This document shows, piece by piece, positions 1 through 9,986 of a stretch of 64,000 bases of DNA. The stretch is taken from the NCBI GenBank assembly GCA_964230645.1, contig CAXRHT010000002.1:288001-352000 (forward strand). Direction: 5' to 3'. The stretch is from Bdellovibrionales bacterium (GTDB taxonomy: Bacteria > Bdellovibrionota > Bdellovibrionia > Bdellovibrionales > JAGQZY01). Position numbers and translations under genes: made by a program. The notes below the pieces were generated by a model. The model was given only the letters and a program-made list of their open reading frames with translations. It had not been told where the DNA came from and ran no database searches. How positions within the stretch are numbered: position 1 is the first letter of the stretch; every line of letters starts with the position of its first letter.

Positions 1-239
1 TTTGCTTCACCTTTATCGCTGGCATAAACCAATTGCGACTCCATTCCAGTCTCAAAACTAGTTCCTTCTAATTCAACGTTAATAATTTCATCACTGGGTA
101 AATAGTCATAGTCTGGACCGAGCTCAATTTTTAAATTTTGATCAGCACTGGAACAAGATATGTTCGCCCCGGTTTGCACGGTTTGAGCAAAAGAATTCAG
201 CGACATTAAAAACACAGCAAGACTTAAAGCGGATTTCAT
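1..239 (-). CDS. Secreted hypothetical protein, 5' part only (runs off the window)
   Basis: Read by hand: ATG at 239-237 preceded by AGGAGG (245-250). MKSALSLAVFLMSLNSFAQ is signal-peptide-like; the frame stays open to base 1. Confidence 0.8.
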   Translation of the reverse strand, partial: MKSALSLAVFLMSLNSFAQTVQTGANISCSSADQNLKIELGPDYDYLPSDEIINVELEGTSFETGMESQLVYASDKGEA

Positions 240-401
240 ATAAACCTCCTAAGGGGTATTTGGGATTGAAAGAACTCTAAAGTAAACGAAGATTTCTAGA
301 AATATTTTTCCTTGAGACATGTACAAATTACTGGACTGCTAGTTCTCTAGTGTCAAAAGTTTCGACAGTCAAAAAGATCACATCTACAACTAGCGAAGAG
401 T

Positions 402-1037
402 TTAGATCAATTTCTTTAAAATCAATTGATAATCCATAAAGATAATCTCAAACTGCTCTTCTTTTTCCTTCATAAACTGAGTCAAAGCTTCCCTGACAGG
501 AAAACCGCCTGTTTTTTTATCTTTCCAACGATAGTCATCAAAAATTAATAAGCCTCTTTTTTTCAAAAGTCCCCAGCTTGCTTGGGCATCCTGCATTACC
601 GAAGAGGTTTGATGACTGCCATCGACATAGATCAAATCAAAACAGCTCCCATGCACTTGTGCTAAGGCTTCACCTGAGCTCATTGCTAAAAACTCTACCT
701 GTGCTTTAAAGTACCCTTTACTATAGTTTTCCCAAAATTTTCTTTGCGAGTCGGGGTCAGAGTCGACGCAATAAAGTTCATCCTCAGGTTTTACTAATAA
801 ATTCTCTAGCAACCAAAGGGCTGATCGCCCCTCAAAGGTTCCTATCTCAAGGGCTTTTATTTTTTCGTCAGTATTTAGATTGGGACCGACATATTTTTCC
901 CAAATCGGAATATTCCAAGAAAACCAATCTGTCGAAAAATCATAGTTATTTCTATAGGGCGCTGAGATCCACTGAGTCCAAAGCTTGTACCTAATATATT
1001 TTAAAACGAATTCAATTCGATCGGAATTCATTCTCAT
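402..1037 (-). CDS. Class I SAM-dependent methyltransferase (Methyltransf_24-like)
   Basis: LEIGTFEGRS motif I, FDLIYVDGSH, GLLIFDDY. Confidence 0.85.
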   Translation of the reverse strand: MRMNSDRIEFVLKYIRYKLWTQWISAPYRNNYDFSTDWFSWNIPIWEKYVGPNLNTDEKIKALEIGTFEGRSALWLLENLLVKPEDELYCVDSDPDSQRKFWENYSKGYFKAQVEFLAMSSGEALAQVHGSCFDLIYVDGSHQTSSVMQDAQASWGLLKKRGLLIFDDYRWKDKKTGGFPVREALTQFMKEKEEQFEIIFMDYQLILKKLI

Positions 1038-1168
1038 AGCCCTTTATTATAGGACATATTGTACAATTGGCACTCACTTTGTGTAATCTTTGCAGCTCTC
1101 CCCTAGCCACAACAATAATGCATTAATAATTGTTATACTATCTGTTGTTTAACTAAGGGGATAATAGA

Positions 1169-2317
1169 ATGAAACAAATTTTGAGTTTGTCGGTGGGGAC
1201 AGTTCTTTTATTTTTTTCGATAAATTCTCAAGGCCAGGACTATCAAGTGCTGAGCCTTGATCGGGACGAAAAAGAGCTTTTACAAAGACCTGAGAATGAT
1301 GAATTAAAAAACCAACTTTATTGTCACGGTGAAGAGCATATCGAGGAGTACTCTCAATTTATCAATACTCAAATCAAACCCCGACTGCGTAATGAAATCC
1401 CTCAGACCACTGAGGTGCATAGGGATCAGGAAGGTCGTCTGCTGAAGATGGCCGACCATATTAGCACTGGAGACCTTTTCCATGCTCACTTGAGAGTTCC
1501 CATTGAGGGCTTCCATTCGGATCATCAAAAACTGGCTCCTCGCTTTATGGACCCTCAAAGTTTTCATATTCAGTACCACTCTTTTGAGACCTACGATTTA
1601 TTCACCTCGGATTGGAAAAGAGAACTCCTTCAAATTAACAACCAAAACTTAAGGTCTTGGCTTGATGAAGTGCAAGCTTACCAAGACGAGAAGGCCTCTA
1701 TGGGAGACCCGGCTTTTGGATCTTTCCAGCCTGAGATCGAATCGAATCTGCAAGAGCTCACCAACAACGAGCTTGAAAGCTTTGCCTTAGCTTGGTTTGA
1801 ATTTCAACACACCAGAACCCCCTCCGAAGTAGAGTTGGACCAGTGGCTCCTAGTTCGCCTCAAAAATAAACTAGAAATGATCGATCCCAAAAACCTCACC
1901 GGTGGAAGTGAGATCATCTTAAGGGATCGCAGTTTTTTTACTCAAAACCAAAAATTTCATATTATCCCAGGGCTCAACCTTGAGGGTTACATTCAGTTTG
2001 CAAACATCTATTTTGCCCCAGTGGCACCGGTGCCCGGAGCTCAAGAGCTTCTTGATGAAGCCCGACAGGCTGGTATTAACATCCTCTATAATGTGAATAG
2101 TGAGAGATTTCCGCATGAAAACTTTCAATATATTGAAAATTCTCCCCTGCACTCAAGCTTAATGAGCAGTCTTTTCGAGAAATTTTCTGCGATGAACGAC
2201 CCCCATTACGTCTTCCATGAAAAGACCAAAAGAACTTTTGATCAAAGCGCTTTTTTAGCATTCATGTGGGACGATAAGTATATCTATGCGGTTCGCTACT
2301 CATTGCTTTGTGACTGA
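1169..2317 (+). CDS. Secreted hypothetical protein
   Basis: 382-aa ORF, GGGGA RBS, N-terminal signal peptide; no recognised domain. Confidence 0.7.
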   Translation: MKQILSLSVGTVLLFFSINSQGQDYQVLSLDRDEKELLQRPENDELKNQLYCHGEEHIEEYSQFINTQIKPRLRNEIPQTTEVHRDQEGRLLKMADHISTGDLFHAHLRVPIEGFHSDHQKLAPRFMDPQSFHIQYHSFETYDLFTSDWKRELLQINNQNLRSWLDEVQAYQDEKASMGDPAFGSFQPEIESNLQELTNNELESFALAWFEFQHTRTPSEVELDQWLLVRLKNKLEMIDPKNLTGGSEIILRDRSFFTQNQKFHIIPGLNLEGYIQFANIYFAPVAPVPGAQELLDEARQAGINILYNVNSERFPHENFQYIENSPLHSSLMSSLFEKFSAMNDPHYVFHEKTKRTFDQSAFLAFMWDDKYIYAVRYSLLCD

Positions 2318-2333
2318 AGAGATCTATTTAGGA

Positions 2334-3293
2334 CTACAGATTGTCTAAAGAGAATCGAATTTTGTCTTCAGCACTCATGTTTTTAGTATCAACCATGGCC
2401 ACTTTTTGCAGCCGTGGTAAGAGTCCCGTTTTGTTGGCAATTTGAATCGATAATCCAGGACGAGCGTTCATCTCTAAAATCAACGGCCCTCGGATGGGGT
2501 CGATCACGATATCCACTCCAAGATACTGAATGCGCGCAAGGCCTGAACACTGAGCCGCTACGGAGAGAACCTGCTTCCACATAGGAATTTCAAGACCAAC
2601 GAGTTCTCTATCGCCACAATCCGGGTGATGAACGATCCGCTTATTTTCCTGAACCGCACCGTTGATCTTTCCTGTCTGCAGATTGATTCCGCAACCCACA
2701 GCCCCTTGGTGCAGATTTCCCCGACCTCCCGAGGAGCGTGTAGGAAGTCTCACCATGGCCATCACCGGAAATCCTCGAAACAGGATCACTCGGATGTCAG
2801 GAATTCCTCGATAACTAATTTCCTTAAAGAAGGGGTGGATGGCGAGCTTCTCTTGGAAAATGGCACGATCCAACTGCCCGGCAAGAGAAAATACACCACT
2901 GAGAATCATTGAGATATAATAAATAAACTCGTCATAGGACATATCCGCCTGACGAGTGGTAATGATTTTGGTCTTCTTTTTAGACTCATTCCACTCCACT
3001 CCTTCAACGATAACAATCCCATTACCCATAGCCCCTTTAGCAGGCTTAACCACAAACTCTCCCGCATCTTTAATTTGAGCGTGAAGATTTTTGGTATCAC
3101 TAATGGCGGCAATAATCCCACGGGTTTTCGGATGGGGAATCCCTTTAGAGAGCAAAAGTTGGCTGGTGAGGAATTTATCATCCACTAAAGGGTAATCCCT
3201 TTTATTGTTATAAGGGAGAATGAAGTCTCGAATCCGGCGGTTGTTTCCAAGAACACCGGCCTTGGCTAGGTCACGAAAAGACACCATCTTCAT
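2334..3293 (-). CDS. Alpha-L-glutamate ligase-like ATP-grasp protein (RimK-related)
   Basis: GVLGNNRR, YPLVDDK, FVVKPAKGAMGNGI, GIPDIRVI, AMVRLPT..S.GRGNLHQG, LEMNARPGLSIQIAN. Confidence 0.9.
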   Translation of the reverse strand: MKMVSFRDLAKAGVLGNNRRIRDFILPYNNKRDYPLVDDKFLTSQLLLSKGIPHPKTRGIIAAISDTKNLHAQIKDAGEFVVKPAKGAMGNGIVIVEGVEWNESKKKTKIITTRQADMSYDEFIYYISMILSGVFSLAGQLDRAIFQEKLAIHPFFKEISYRGIPDIRVILFRGFPVMAMVRLPTRSSGGRGNLHQGAVGCGINLQTGKINGAVQENKRIVHHPDCGDRELVGLEIPMWKQVLSVAAQCSGLARIQYLGVDIVIDPIRGPLILEMNARPGLSIQIANKTGLLPRLQKVAMVDTKNMSAEDKIRFSLDNL

Positions 3294-4890
3294 CTTCCTT
3301 TAACTGAGCAAAGCGAAAAAGCTCAAAGAGACGATAACCTCTATAACTACCGATCATTAAGTTTAAGCCGACGGCAAGAAGCAACATCTCTGGATTATTG
3401 AAAAGGAAAACCTTGAGCCATTTAAAAGCCAAAAGATAATAACAGAGGGCTGCGACCACGAAGGTTCCAAGAGAAGTCTTTAGGGTATTTGAAGCCCCCT
3501 CCTCTATGTAATAAATGCTAAATCTTTCGATAAAAACCGTGATGATGACAATGGGAAAATAGTTTAAGGTTTTATTGTTAACCGCTAATATTCCAAAGGA
3601 ATCGGCCGCAATCGCAAAAAGAATATATAGAAGAATCACTACGGCAAGAAGTATCGATAGCCTCGGCACTGCGAGCAAGTAGAACTTATCCAGCAGAGCT
3701 CTTTGCATAAGGCCCACTATCACCACTAAAAAGAGAAAAGAAAACCCAAACACAAAACTTGTTTCTAAAAAGAAAAGCGTCAGGAGGATGGGCATAAAAA
3801 TCCCAAACGTATTAATCCCTACAAAGACTCTTGCAAAAGAAAGGACAACAGTTCCAAAAGGAATAAGAACAATTCCAAGAAAGATCGATTGAATCGATAA
3901 AGAGAATCGGTGAAGAGAGAATATGGACCAGAAAGAGCTCAATTCACTGAGACTTTGCAACTGTTCCTTAGAGCTCATGGGGTCAAACTTCACTGGATCA
4001 AGAAGCATTCCAATAAGGTCTCTTCTCTCAAGAAAACTGGCAAAATTTTCGGTGTCTCGGCTGAGAATAATTTGGTTTCCCGTGACCTTTCCCATCAACC
4101 TTTTTTCTGGAAAAAGAGGGATCCACTGCCCTTCAATAAAAGCCTCGGTAAAAAACATACGGGTGTAGCGGATTTTCTCACCGGCCTTGCTATCAAGGAT
4201 TTGAATTCCAAAAGCAATTCTTGCTGGAATCCCGTTTAAGCGCGAAAGCCCCATAAGAGTTTGGGCTTGAGCCAAATAGCTACCACTGGCCAGATCGATC
4301 ACATCTTTAACGGTATGGGGCTCGGCTTTTAATACAATCTCGTCGGCTAAATAAAAGAAAAACTTCTCAAGCTTTGTCTCGGTCGTATCACTATGAAAAA
4401 CCAGGGTGTCTGAGAGTTTCTTGAGAAGCCCTAAGGTTTCCTCATCAAAATTGTCCATGGACAAATAGCGCATGCGGTCTTCGTAGTCCAAACGTACACT
4501 ACGGTCCCTAGCATTAATGAAATCATAGAACTCAGTATTAACGTCAAAATGAAGACTGGTTGTGCGACTCGCCCCACCTTCTTTGCCAAATTGTAACAGT
4601 GAAGGGGCGGACTCCTCTTCCGAGTCAGGAGAGATGGGTTTACCATTAATTGTGACATTCATCACTTCTTGCGAAGGAAGTGATTTTGGTACTGGAAGCA
4701 CATAGGGAGGTTCAATCTCTTGGCTATCAACCCGGTAAATATTCTCCCAGTTGAGCGACATTTCCACCTTCCAGAAGGTGGTGGCTTTCTTAGGAATAAG
4801 GCGCAAACCTAAAAATTGCGTTTTATATATCAGACTGGCCAATGGTAGCAGCACACAAAGGACGATCAGGGCTGTCTTCAAACGTTTCAA
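3271..4890 (-). CDS. Inactive transglutaminase-like domain fused to 7TM domain (UUP1 / 7TM_transglut-type membrane protein)
   Basis: LSRLNGIPARIAFG and TEAFIEGQWIP lack the catalytic Cys/His/Asp. C-terminal helices carry GINTFGIFMP, LLAVPRL, FPIVIITVFIERF, GSYRGYRLFELFRF. Confidence 0.85.
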   Translation of the reverse strand: MKRLKTALIVLCVLLPLASLIYKTQFLGLRLIPKKATTFWKVEMSLNWENIYRVDSQEIEPPYVLPVPKSLPSQEVMNVTINGKPISPDSEEESAPSLLQFGKEGGASRTTSLHFDVNTEFYDFINARDRSVRLDYEDRMRYLSMDNFDEETLGLLKKLSDTLVFHSDTTETKLEKFFFYLADEIVLKAEPHTVKDVIDLASGSYLAQAQTLMGLSRLNGIPARIAFGIQILDSKAGEKIRYTRMFFTEAFIEGQWIPLFPEKRLMGKVTGNQIILSRDTENFASFLERRDLIGMLLDPVKFDPMSSKEQLQSLSELSSFWSIFSLHRFSLSIQSIFLGIVLIPFGTVVLSFARVFVGINTFGIFMPILLTLFFLETSFVFGFSFLFLVVIVGLMQRALLDKFYLLAVPRLSILLAVVILLYILFAIAADSFGILAVNNKTLNYFPIVIITVFIERFSIYYIEEGASNTLKTSLGTFVVAALCYYLLAFKWLKVFLFNNPEMLLLAVGLNLMIGSYRGYRLFELFRFAQLKEDEDGVFS

Positions 4891-5549
4891 CGTTTATCTC
4901 CTAGTAACCGTGACTGAGAGACGTCGACGATATAGTCGCCTAATAAAAGGTTACGTCCCACCAGAAAACGATGTCTTAGATTTTCCCGGTTATTCAGGTT
5001 GACGTTAACATCCAATTCTCTTTTTCCAAACAAAAGAGTCATTTTAACCACATAACGTCGTTCAACCACACCCGAGGTTCCTTTTACTTTTGACATCTCT
5101 ACTACCTTCTTCAAGTAGCGGTGGGGTTTGCCCTCCTCGTCGCGAGTGGTGAACTCAACATGCTTTTCGCCATCAATGGTTTTTTCGGTGATCTTTTCGG
5201 CATGTAGTGAGCAAGTTTGCGCTCCTGTATCGATTCGAGCGCGAAAGCTCACCTCAGGTGAAACAGAGGTAATCCATTCCACTCGTCCTATAACGATCTT
5301 TTTAAAAACCTTCTTTTTAAGTGTTTGTTGAGAGCGTGATTTGATTTTTCGGCTACCGAGCTGGATTTCTCGAAGCTCCGGCATGATTTCGTTACGGATG
5401 GTAAGAGTGACGTCCTCAGAGATTTCCGCGCGTGCTTGTTCAATCTCCTGCTGAACCATGCGGAGCTGATTGGGCGTAAGGTTATCGGGGGGCTTCGACT
5501 GACAACCTACAACAAGAAACAATAAGAACAATAGACCTAAACGTAACAA
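4887..5549 (-). CDS. Retropepsin-like peptidase (RimK-associated 'ATP-dependent Zn protease' family), lipoprotein
   Basis: IGRVEW, ARIDTGAQTCSLHA, ERRYVV, LNNR...FLVGRNLL; lipobox VVGC. Confidence 0.85.
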   Translation of the reverse strand: MLRLGLLFLLFLVVGCQSKPPDNLTPNQLRMVQQEIEQARAEISEDVTLTIRNEIMPELREIQLGSRKIKSRSQQTLKKKVFKKIVIGRVEWITSVSPEVSFRARIDTGAQTCSLHAEKITEKTIDGEKHVEFTTRDEEGKPHRYLKKVVEMSKVKGTSGVVERRYVVKMTLLFGKRELDVNVNLNNRENLRHRFLVGRNLLLGDYIVDVSQSRLLGDKR

Positions 5550-6014
5550 TATTCCCTAAGGTATTAAAAATTCTTAAATTCGGCAACACTGGACCCGGCA
5601 TGTTCAATACCCCTAGTCAGTCCAGAAACAGGCTACATTTTACTTTTTAAGACCTCGGAGAAACTTTCTGAGCCATGGGGGACTTTTTCCTCTTCATAAA
5701 GGTCCATGCTCCAACGAGGGTGAAGGAAATCCTCTTGTTGTTTTTTATAGAAAGTGCTTACTGCTTTAATTTTAGTCATTTTTGACCTCCGAAATATACT
5801 ACCAGTATAAAAATGGACGCTCCGGTTATCCTTGATCAGTTATGGACACCTCGTGTAAATTTCTGCAAATTTACTTCTGACTTTAACGCTCCTCGATGTT
5901 GGTCGAGGGGAGATTTTGCATGTAAAAGCACAAAGCGCCCATACGTGGTGTAAATCTTTGTTTTAAACTGTTCCTTCCTATGAACATTAATACTATTATG
6001 ACCGCGAGGATTTT

Positions 6015-6620
6015 ATGAAAATATCAATGGTTGCTTTTCTTGTTGTAACTCTTCTTCCCTTCTCTGCCTTCAGTCGCGATGAGGGAGGCCTTTTCGTTGA
6101 GCCAGGATTAACTTACCAGGTGAGTGAATCCCAAATTGACTACCCAGCCCCCTTATCAAGTTCCAAAGCCGATAACAATGGATTGGGGGTGATGGCCCGC
6201 CTTGGCTTTCATATCAGTGAGAGTTTTTTCCTAGCGGCTGACGGACGCTACAGCTGGCTTGATTTTGACGATGACGACAACAATTTTAAAACGGATGCGG
6301 TTGCCTACAATTTAGCGCCCGTTCTTGGCCTGCAAATGTCTGAATTTGGCCTAAGAATCTGGGGCTCCTATATCTTAACAGGCCAGATGGACCTTGAAGA
6401 AAATGGCGGCAATGATTTTATGTTTTCCGATGCCAGTGGTTACCGGATCGGTGCAGGCTTTCGCCTTTTTTCTCTATCCTTAAACCTCGAGTACGAAGAT
6501 CTTAGCTATGGCACAAGCGAGTATACCAGTTCCACTGGCTCTATTGTGGGATCCTCTTCGAACCTAAATCTGGACACCGAGTCCTATATATTGAGTGTGA
6601 GTTTCCCGCTTGAACTTTAA
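6015..6620 (+). CDS. Outer-membrane beta-barrel protein
   Basis: GAGGA RBS, signal peptide, amphipathic strands (GLFVEPG, GYRIGAGF, LNLEY), C-terminal LSVSFPLEL. Confidence 0.75.
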   Translation: MKISMVAFLVVTLLPFSAFSRDEGGLFVEPGLTYQVSESQIDYPAPLSSSKADNNGLGVMARLGFHISESFFLAADGRYSWLDFDDDDNNFKTDAVAYNLAPVLGLQMSEFGLRIWGSYILTGQMDLEENGGNDFMFSDASGYRIGAGFRLFSLSLNLEYEDLSYGTSEYTSSTGSIVGSSSNLNLDTESYILSVSFPLEL

Positions 6621-7443
6621 TCTCTACACCCTCTTACTAACGCCCTTTTTGGTGATCGCCTGTGCCTCAGCTCCTGAGGCCACAAATTCGCGCCAGCCTC
6701 AAGAAGATAAGGGGCAATACGAAATCAGCGAGGAAAAAGGGGCCTACGAGCAAATTGATAAAAAGGATCCGCCGCCAACTGTGGTAAAGTCTGACAAAGA
6801 GGATTATAACGATCCTCTTGAATACATTATCAACAGGCCCTTTAATTATTTTAATCATTATTTATACTCCTACCTGCTAACCCCACTGGCGGAAGGCTAC
6901 ATATACATTACGCCGATTTCTGTGGACCAGAGCCTTGGGCAATTTTTTTCGAACATCCGTGAGCCTCTTTACTCAGCCAACTTTTTATTGCAAGGCGAGT
7001 TTTCAAAATCCGCTCAAAGTTTACTTCGACTTGTGGTGAACTCCACTATCGGTGTTTTTGGCTTTTTTGATGTGGCCGAGGATTGGTTCGGAATTGAAGA
7101 TCGTCGAACCACCTTAAATGAAACCCTTGCTTCTTACGGAGTAGACTATGGTGTTTATATTGTTCTGCCAGTGCTAGGGCCCTCTCACCTGCGAGACACC
7201 TTGTCTGTTGGGGCTGGCTATTATTACCATCCCCTCAACTTGGTCGAAGATCCCATAACCCAACGCGCCCTCTTTTTCGTGGAAGGTTTTCAAGAGGAAG
7301 CCCCAAGACTGAAAGCCTACCCTAAAGTGGTTGAAGACAGTCCTGATCGCTATGAAATGATTCGAAACTTTTATCTACAAAACCAGATGCGAGATGCAAA
7401 AATTCTTAGGGACAAGCGATTTAAAAAAGTGGTAGAGGAATAA
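6610..7443 (+). CDS. mlaA: MlaA/VacJ family lipoprotein
   Basis: Lipobox IAC; DPLEYIINRPFNYFN, FFSNIREP, RLVVNSTIGVFGFFDVA, YIVLPVLGPSHLRD. Confidence 0.85.
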   Translation: MNFNLYTLLLTPFLVIACASAPEATNSRQPQEDKGQYEISEEKGAYEQIDKKDPPPTVVKSDKEDYNDPLEYIINRPFNYFNHYLYSYLLTPLAEGYIYITPISVDQSLGQFFSNIREPLYSANFLLQGEFSKSAQSLLRLVVNSTIGVFGFFDVAEDWFGIEDRRTTLNETLASYGVDYGVYIVLPVLGPSHLRDTLSVGAGYYYHPLNLVEDPITQRALFFVEGFQEEAPRLKAYPKVVEDSPDRYEMIRNFYLQNQMRDAKILRDKRFKKVVEE

Positions 7444-7446
7444 ACC

Positions 7447-9819
7447 TTGAGTCGTAAACTAGCTTTCCTTATTTCATTGGTTTTTTTGACAGTCTTTGCT
7501 TTTCTTGGATGGCAGGCCCAGAAGTTTGAAATCGATGCCTCAGCCGAAACTCTACTCACAAAAGACAATAAAAAGTTTATTTTTTCTGAAATCATCGCCA
7601 AACGCTATGACCCGCAGGAATTTATCCTTATTGCTCTAAAATCCCCTTCTAATGAGATTTTCTCAGAAAAAAATTTGAACCGCATCGACAGGATCTCCCA
7701 GGAGATTGAAAAGATAGCACGGGTCAAACAAGTGAATAGCTTAGTCAATGCCCCCATCTTTCTTGAAGCCAACCTCATGGGAGGCCGTCTTGACCAAGAC
7801 AATCTCTCCTGGAAAGAGCGTAAATACCCGGCCGACTACCTCCAGAAGAATTTAAGGAGCCATCCTCTTTACGAAGGCCTTCTTGTCAACGAGGAGCAGA
7901 CAGCCCTTGGGATGCAGGTGGTGTTTAAAACGCCGAAGGATTTAGAGAACATCAACAATGAAATCACTTCTATTAGGGCCCATCGTCTCAATCGAGAGCT
8001 AAAACAGTCGGAGACGAAAAAGCTCGAAAAATTAATGGAAAGAAAAGACAAGATCGGCAAAGAACTTTCCAAAAAAAGACGTCAAGAAATCAACCAAATA
8101 AAAAATATTCTAGCAAAACACGCGGACAAAAAAGACGTTTACATGGGCGGGAATAATCTCCTTGTCTACCAGCTCATTTCGATCATTCAAAATGACTTAA
8201 AAGTTTTTGGAATTGCTATTGTTTTGATTATTAGCATTTTGCTCTTTTTATTTTTCAGGCGCTTGGCCTGGGTTTTAATGCCACTGGCCTGCTGTTTTAC
8301 AGCCATTGTTATGACCATGGGACTTTTGGGCTTTTTTGAACTAAAGGTGACGGTGATCTCAGCCAACGTGATCTCCCTTCAAATCATTCTGACTCTTGCC
8401 ATTATCATTCATATGATTGAACAGTTTCGAGAAATTGACCGCGAGGAAAAAGGCAAAGACTTAGGCGAAAAAGTCGAGCAAATGGTTAAAGAGAAATTAA
8501 AACCCTGTTTTTATGCGGGTCTTACAACCAGTGTTGGTTTTGCCTCCCTTATTTTTAGTGGGGTGCAACCGGTTATTACTTTTGGATGGATGATGATTTT
8601 GGCCATGATCGTCACTCTGAGCGTGGGGCTGGTGCTCTTTCCGGCCATGGTTCGCCTTTTCATCAGAAAAGATCGAGAAAACCGTAAGGTGGCCTGGGTC
8701 GAGGGCCTAATGAAAGCCTTTGGTAAAATGTCGGTAGGCTTTCCTAAAAGCATTGTCTTTTTTAGCCTCCTATTAACAGGCCTTGGTGTCTATGGCTGTT
8801 TTTTCTTAACGGCTGAGAACAGTTTTATTAATTATTTCTCTGACCAAACCGAAGTGCATCGCGAACTTAGTTTCATCGATAAAGATTTCGGCGGTTCGAC
8901 GGCCTTAGACATTCTTTATAACGTCCCCAAGCAGAAACAAGAAAAACAGCTTATCTTGACGGCCGAGGCCGTACAGCACGTCGGCAAAATCCATCGCCAT
9001 CTCGCAGAGAAAAAGGAAATCGGAAGCGTTACATCGTTGTATGATTTCACCACCGTTGCCCGCGTGGTTCGTGAAAAACCAATGACCGAATACGAACTCA
9101 CCTTCTTTGTAAAGATGATGGACGAAGACTTAAAAGAGAGTCTTCTTGGCTCCTACTTCTCTGAAAAACACAACCAAGTGCGCATCAGTACCCGGGTTAA
9201 GGACTCCACCGAGAATTTCGACCGCGAGAAGTTTATTAATAATCTCAAACAAGAGTTTAGAGATATGGGTTACGGCAAAGAAGAAGTGCAAATGACAGGC
9301 CTATTCGTTCTCTACCAAGATATCTTAGCACGTCTCCTTAACTCCCAGATCAACACTCTGGCCATCGTTTATCTCGTGATGATTATCGTTTTATGGATTA
9401 TTTTTTCTTCTCTAAAAATTGCTCTTTTAGCCATGGTCCCGAATGTCTTAACCACAGCTATCACTTTGGGCTTTATGGGTTTTATGGGAATCCCCTTAGA
9501 CTTAATGACAATGACCATTGCTGCCGTTGCCATGGGTATATCGGTGGATGATACCATTCATTATGTCCATCGCTACCTTAAGGAAAACAAAAAACACGAT
9601 CCCGATAAAGCCGTTTTAAGAGCTCACTCCAGTGTCGGTCATGCCTTATTTTATACGACAGGAATTATTATTATTGGCTTTGGCTCTATGGTCTTTTCAG
9701 ACTTCGTCCCCACCATTTACTTTGGACTTCTCACTGGTATGGCGATGCTGATCGCCCTTCTTTCAGATGTCATCACACTCCCCGTTTTACTCAAAAAATT
9801 TGTGAACAATCGTTCATAA
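7447..9819 (+). CDS. MMPL/RND-family transporter
   Basis: Two repeats of a periplasmic loop plus 5-6 TM helices; AGLTTSVGFASL and AMGISVDDTIHY. Confidence 0.9.
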   Translation: MSRKLAFLISLVFLTVFAFLGWQAQKFEIDASAETLLTKDNKKFIFSEIIAKRYDPQEFILIALKSPSNEIFSEKNLNRIDRISQEIEKIARVKQVNSLVNAPIFLEANLMGGRLDQDNLSWKERKYPADYLQKNLRSHPLYEGLLVNEEQTALGMQVVFKTPKDLENINNEITSIRAHRLNRELKQSETKKLEKLMERKDKIGKELSKKRRQEINQIKNILAKHADKKDVYMGGNNLLVYQLISIIQNDLKVFGIAIVLIISILLFLFFRRLAWVLMPLACCFTAIVMTMGLLGFFELKVTVISANVISLQIILTLAIIIHMIEQFREIDREEKGKDLGEKVEQMVKEKLKPCFYAGLTTSVGFASLIFSGVQPVITFGWMMILAMIVTLSVGLVLFPAMVRLFIRKDRENRKVAWVEGLMKAFGKMSVGFPKSIVFFSLLLTGLGVYGCFFLTAENSFINYFSDQTEVHRELSFIDKDFGGSTALDILYNVPKQKQEKQLILTAEAVQHVGKIHRHLAEKKEIGSVTSLYDFTTVARVVREKPMTEYELTFFVKMMDEDLKESLLGSYFSEKHNQVRISTRVKDSTENFDREKFINNLKQEFRDMGYGKEEVQMTGLFVLYQDILARLLNSQINTLAIVYLVMIIVLWIIFSSLKIALLAMVPNVLTTAITLGFMGFMGIPLDLMTMTIAAVAMGISVDDTIHYVHRYLKENKKHDPDKAVLRAHSSVGHALFYTTGIIIIGFGSMVFSDFVPTIYFGLLTGMAMLIALLSDVITLPVLLKKFVNNRS

Positions 9820-9986
9820 TTGACCTTAAAAAGTTTAAATCTCTAAACAAAATCCTGAGCTTAAGGCTTGTTTTCTGGATTTTTATCCAGCTCCAGCCAG
9901 TCATTTCTATACCAATTTGAGACTTCGGCCCATTGTGTCATTTTCCCCAATCTCCGATCCTAAAACCTACAACTTGAAGGGGGACT

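Noticed and set aside
5676..5786. 36-codon ORF in the divergent intergenic region
   Set aside because: No RBS or recognisable features; compatible with chance.
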